A stretch of 64,000 nt of DNA from Octopus bimaculoides. Lineage: Eukaryota. The notes under the pieces were generated by a model that was given only the letters and a program-made list of their open reading frames with translations, was not told the origin of the DNA and did no database searches. Shown here piece after piece: positions 59,679 through 64,000 of the stretch. Within the stretch, counting starts at the first letter, position 1. Each line of letters begins with the position of its first letter. The stretch spans positions 166,678,292-166,742,291 of the forward strand of contig NC_068983.1 in assembly GCF_001194135.2 (NCBI RefSeq). The letters run 5' to 3'. A program made the translations under genes and the position numbers.

Positions 59679-59722
59679 AAGCTCATTAATATTCATAATT
59701 AAGCTCATTAATATTCATAATT
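59679..59722. repeat. perfect 22-bp tandem duplication
   Basis: AAGCTCATTAATATTCATAATT x2, abutting a SINE B tail. Confidence 0.9.
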
Positions 59723-59878
59723 ATGGTTTCAAAATTTGGCACGAGGCCAGCAATCTCAGAGGTTAGAAGTTAGTCGGTTACATCAGCCCCTGTACTTGGC
59801 TGGTACTTCATTTTGTCGATTCCGAAAGAATGAAAAGCGAAGTAGACGATGGCGGGATTTGAACTCATAATTCTTAAC
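59723..59878 (-). mobile_element. SINE family B, 5'-truncated
   Basis: GGTTTCAAAATTTGGCACGAGGCCAGCA..CTGGTACTTCATTTTGTCGA..GGGATTTGAACTCA. Confidence 0.7.
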
Positions 59879-59903
59879 AACGTGATTAAAAAAAAAAAAA
59901 AAA

Positions 59904-60236
59904 TCCTTTTTGGATTTCGTTTACAAGATTCTTTATGTGGGTTCGTGTGTTGAAGCATATTCTGTTGTGTCTGGGGAGAGTCATTCTCTTTTAGTGCCTT
60001 ATAATTTAACACTCACCGGTAAAATTTCCACTCATTTACTTATTTTTCTAGAATTTTCTTTGCGTCTTGCAACCTTTTCAATAGTTTTTGACCTTTATTA
60101 TTGAGTCAACAACTATTGGAAAGCTTGCAAGTCGCAACGAAAATTTTAGAAAAATAGATAAGTAAATGAGTGGAAATTTTACCGGTGAGTGTGTTAAATT
60201 ATAAGGCACCAAAAGACAATGACTCTCCCCAGACAA
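59904..60236. mobile_element. second copy of the palindromic hairpin element
   Basis: Collinear with 36248-36599 including axis (TTTGAC..GTCAAC, 60087-60110) and longer left side. Confidence 0.85.
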
Positions 60237-60531
60237 TAAAAAAAAGTTAGACGTCGAAACTTATACAAGCAGTGAATGCTGAGGCTTCTCCGATCATTTG
60301 TAATTAGCTAAGTCTTAATTTCAAAACTGCTTCTTCTAAAACTCCAAAAATATCTTTTAGTAACACAAAAGTAACTTTTGCAATGATATTCATTGAGAAG
60401 CGAAGAACCAGCGATGATAATAGCTTCTAAGAAGTAAGGGTTCGCTAATGTCTTGAGACTGAGATTAGGAAAGAGCCAGACGCTATAACACCCAACGTCC
60501 AGGAGCTGAAAAATAGGGGTACATCTAATCT

Positions 60532-61845
60532 GGGCATAACTACAGATTCGTGCCCACCACCACCCGACTTTGGACGATCATAACTTTCAGAAAAATGGAT
60601 ATTTTTAATGAAATTTTCTACGAATATGTGTTATATCATGTAGATTCTGAATATATAAAACTTTGGGGGTGGGGAAAGTGTTTTAGGAGGTGGGATTTCG
60701 GAAAATTCACCGGCGTCCACTTCAATTCGTCTTAACTTTCAAGAAAATACATATTTTTTAATGAAATTTTCTACAAATATACCTTGGATTATTTAGATTC
60801 CGAGAACATAGGAATTTGGGGGGAAAACAATTCGGGGTTACTTTTGAGGACCGTTCCCCACTCGGTGGTGTTTCGGAACAAGTCGTCCATATTTGTTTCA
60901 TTTTCTCCGTTTTGTACATCCGTAGATTTGTACTGAAGCCGCAGGCAATTAAGCTGTCACCAGAAAACTCGTTATGCTAAAAATAGCAGCTAAAGGCCTA
61001 AACGTTTCTAACAGAAAGACATTGAATGGAATAATTNNNNNNNNNNNNNNNNNNNNNNNNNNNNNNNNNNNNNNNNNNNNNNNNNNNNNNNNNNNNNNNN
61101 NNNNNNNNNNNNNNNNNNNNNNNNNNNNNNNNNNNNNNNNNNNNNNNNNNNNNNNNNNNNNNNNNNNNNNNNNNNNNNNNNNNNNNNNNNNNNNNNNNNN
61201 NNNNNNNNNNNNNNNNNNNNNNNNNNNNNNNNNNNNNNNNNNNNNNNNNNNNNNNNNNNNNNNNNNNNNNNNNNNNNNNNNNNNNNNNNNNNNNNNNNNN
61301 NNNNNNNNNNNNNNNNNNNNNNNNNNNNNNNNNNNNNNNNNNNNNNNNNNNNNNNNNNNNNNNNNNNNNNNNNNNNNNNNNNNNNNNNNNNNNNNNNNNN
61401 NNNNNNNNNNNNNNNNNNNNNNNCTTTCCTTTGTGTGTGTGTATGTGTGTGTGTGTGAGAGGACTAGAAATTTACGGATGCACAAACGCACAAAACGGAG
61501 AAAATGAAACAAATATGGACTTGTTCCGAAACACCCCCGAGTGGGGAACGGTCCTCAAAAGTAACCCCGAATTGTTTTCCCCCAAAATTCCTATGTTCTC
61601 GGAATCTACATAGTCCGAGGTATATTTGTAGAAAATTTCATTAAAAAATATCTATTTTCTTGAAAGTTAAGATGAATTCCACATCCCCTCCTAAAACACT
61701 TTCCTCACCCCACAGAGTTTTGTATATTCGGAATCTACATGATATAACACATATTCGTAGAAAATTTCATTAAAAAATATCCATTTTTCTGAAAGTTATG
61801 ATCATCCAAAGTCGGTGGGGAGAACAGGAATCTGTAGTTATGCCC
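60532..61845. mobile_element. foldback DNA element with ~380-400-bp TIRs containing a ~150-bp subrepeat
   Basis: 60532-60929 mirrors 61468-61845 (GGGCATAACTACAGATT.. / ..AATCTGTAGTTATGCCC); centre partly N gap. Confidence 0.85.
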
Positions 61846-62104
61846 TAATATGCATTATGCCTCAAGTTTTTATGAAAAATTGCATAACTTCATGATTTTT
61901 AAAGACTGTTGATGACTCGAATGTCTCGAGATGGTTATACTTAAGAGTGGAGAGAAAAAAAAAACTGTTTCTCAGACCACTCGACGTGATACTTCTGGCG
62001 AATGGCCGGATCGGTTTCAATGATTTCAGTTATCAGTAATAACATGGTTCATACCTCGGGAAGAACAACTGTTTAATGCCGTTTTTAGTTATGGAACGTA
62101 AATA

Positions 62105-62435
62105 CAGTACGACTGAATGATTAAGAAGTTTGCTTTACAACCTCGAGGGCTCAGGGTTCGATCCCATAACATCTCGAATAAATAGTTCTCTAAAGCCTCA
62201 GGCTGACCCATTCATTGCGAGTGAATCTGGGTATGCAGAAACCACATAGAAACCGGTCAGGTGGTGCTTGTAATTCAAAAGGAGCAACCTTGTCACTGTG
62301 TTGTTGAATTTGCATGAGAATTAGGTTAAGGATACACATGTCTGAGTTATATTCGGCCACTTATGTGTCATTCAGGAGCAGGCAATTCGGTTGATCGAAC
62401 AAATGAATCCTAATCGTCGAAACCGACGGAGATCC
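62105..62435 (+). mobile_element. degenerate SINE: family A head joined to C2 tail
   Basis: TTAAGAAGTTTGCTT..AGGGTTCGATCCC..GAGTGAATCTGG, then TGTAATTCAAAAGGAGCAACCTTGTCAC as at 56.71 kb. Confidence 0.45.
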
Positions 62436-62842
62436 ACCACCGCCCTCACCACTAGTCGTGAAAGATAGCAGAACGGTGTTGCTTGTTTCTGATCGACAAA
62501 TATGTTTTGTCAAAGTCGACATTTCCTCTGCTCATCCATTCAGTAGAATACTTTATCTTCTTCATCTTCTCCCTGGATATTTTATGAAAATTATGGAAAC
62601 AGAAATTTCACTTGAAACATTAGGTATGTTTAAATATATTTGGAGAAGTTTAGGAATATTTGTCCCTGCCCCATGGGGGAAGGAAAAGTGCAAGACATTT
62701 GGGTTTTTTTTTTCCTCCTCATCATAATTTCTTCAGGATTTATGATCCTCAGAAAATTTGTTGTCTTTTTCCCTCACAAAAAAAACTTTCGATTTTTTAA
62801 TTTCTTCTTTCCAATTCATGTTGTTTTCCATCAATTCATTTA

Positions 62843-62848
62843 CACACA

Positions 62849-62897
<49 letters not shown>

Positions 62898-62940
62898 GCA
62901 CATACATACACAGGCATGTGTATACATGTGTGTGTGTGTG
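62843..62940. repeat. (TA)n/(CA)/(GT) compound microsatellite
   Basis: Direct. Confidence 0.9.
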
Positions 62941-63463
62941 AAATCTTTCTGTTGTTTATTATATTACTGGTATTTATTTATGAATTGATTTTTGGAGGGG
63001 AAATTTGAAAGATAAAACATCATTGTTGAAGAGAATTAAAAACCAAATGAACTTTCATTTCATTTCATACATTTAAATATCAAGAATAAAAAGTTTTCAA
63101 TGGGACAACAATAATACAAACAATGGACCTATATATATATACCTGGTTGTAACTTAGTCATTTAGTCTGATATGATATTTCGGAATAAAATTCTTTCTTT
63201 AGATATTCTTAGATGGAGTCGATGCTATAAATCGGTTTTCCAACGTCTTTTTATATCAATTTTAATTTCAGTATCGATAACATCCAACTTCTTGGTTACC
63301 AATGGATTAAGAATCGTCTTCAGTTATTAATTAATTGAAGAATAAGTATTGAAAAAGGAAATTATAGAATCCTTTATAAATGATTAGTTTGGAAATGATG
63401 CGACAGAAGAACCTCCCAGATTTACGATCGTTAGTTATGTATAAAAAAAAAAAATTTAATCAA

Positions 63464-63918
63464 AGGTATAACTACAGATTGATGCCTCACCGACTTTGTT
63501 TCTTCATGATTTTCTGAAAAATGCATATTTATAAATGAAATTACACATAGATTCGTTTTCGAGGATTACTTTTTAAGGCGTTTCAAAACATTTCTCGCCC
63601 TCTCTCTTTAAAATGCATATTTTTTAATGACATTTTTCAGAGGTATGTTTTCTAGAATCTGGATTACATAATGTTGAGGTTTCAAACATATAAATCTGAA
63701 ATCATGAAGTGAAAAATGCTAAAGTTACACAAAGTCGGGGCGGAGATAACGATCCGAAAATCCCCATCAAAAAATATTTTTTCCTAAATTATATTGACAT
63801 CATTGTAATCTACACCATCGAAAGCGTACCTTTGAAAAAATTCACTAAAATATATGTATTTTTCCGAATTTTATGAGGGCACAAAGTTGTGATGGGGCAC
63901 CAAACTGCAGTTAGGCCT
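63464..63918. mobile_element. diverged relative of the 60.5-61.8 kb TIR element
   Basis: Left AGGTATAACTACAGATT..CCGACTTTG; right end reversed AGGCCTAACTGCAGTTT..CAACTTTG; internal AAAATGCATATTT..AATGA motifs. Confidence 0.55.
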
Positions 63919-64000
63919 AGCAACGTCCTGTCGTCTGGCGAGGGAAAATATTCCCCAGTCGTTTCTGTGTTGCTCCAACTGGAATTTATGTCTATTAATC

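Noticed and set aside
8609-61512. Long ORF-track entries containing X runs (e.g. 10644-11468, 30854-31456, 40712-41500, 60949-61512)
   Set aside because: They stay open only because N gaps contain no stops. The only real coding part is the RTE tail in 10851-11055.
9047-63008. ORFs rich in HT, CV, RE, LS or YI dipeptides
   Set aside because: Translations of (CA)n, (GT)n, (GA)n and (TA)n microsatellites.

Overview
AT-rich, repeat-dense, gapped (13 N-runs) animal genomic DNA. The repeat families resemble those I recall from Octopus assemblies; this is inference, checkable by BLAST. I found no intact, recognisable protein-coding gene, tRNA, rRNA or CRISPR array, and most ORF-track entries are artefacts of N gaps or microsatellites. 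The recognisable coding remnants are all dead transposons. They are a near-full-length hAT/Buster transposase (46.3-48.1 kb, -), an internally deleted mariner (20.1-21.0 kb) and a weaker one (3.6-4.0 kb), RTE LINE remnants (10.9, 21.4, 39.8, 50.3 kb), and an R4/Dong-like restriction-endonuclease LINE remnant (8.0-8.7 kb). Around them lie dozens of RTE 3'-end fragments, three tRNA-headed SINE families (labelled A, B, C here) and several MITEs/foldbacks. The most notable signal is a set of minimal type-I hammerhead ribozyme motifs with palindromic stem III, inside small inverted-arm repeats. Two face outward at 42.25-42.78 kb, one sits in the spacer of a 456-bp foldback at 4.93-4.97 kb, and a degenerate one lies at 8.97 kb. 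This architecture is known from Penelope-like elements, but these short non-autonomous forms may be undescribed. Also notable are a ~350-bp fixed-axis palindromic element present twice (one copy with a 12-bp TSD and an empty-site paralogue), a ~400-bp-TIR foldback, and CpG-retaining domains (28.2-34.5 kb and >57.5 kb) that suggest unmethylated promoter regions of an unidentified host gene.
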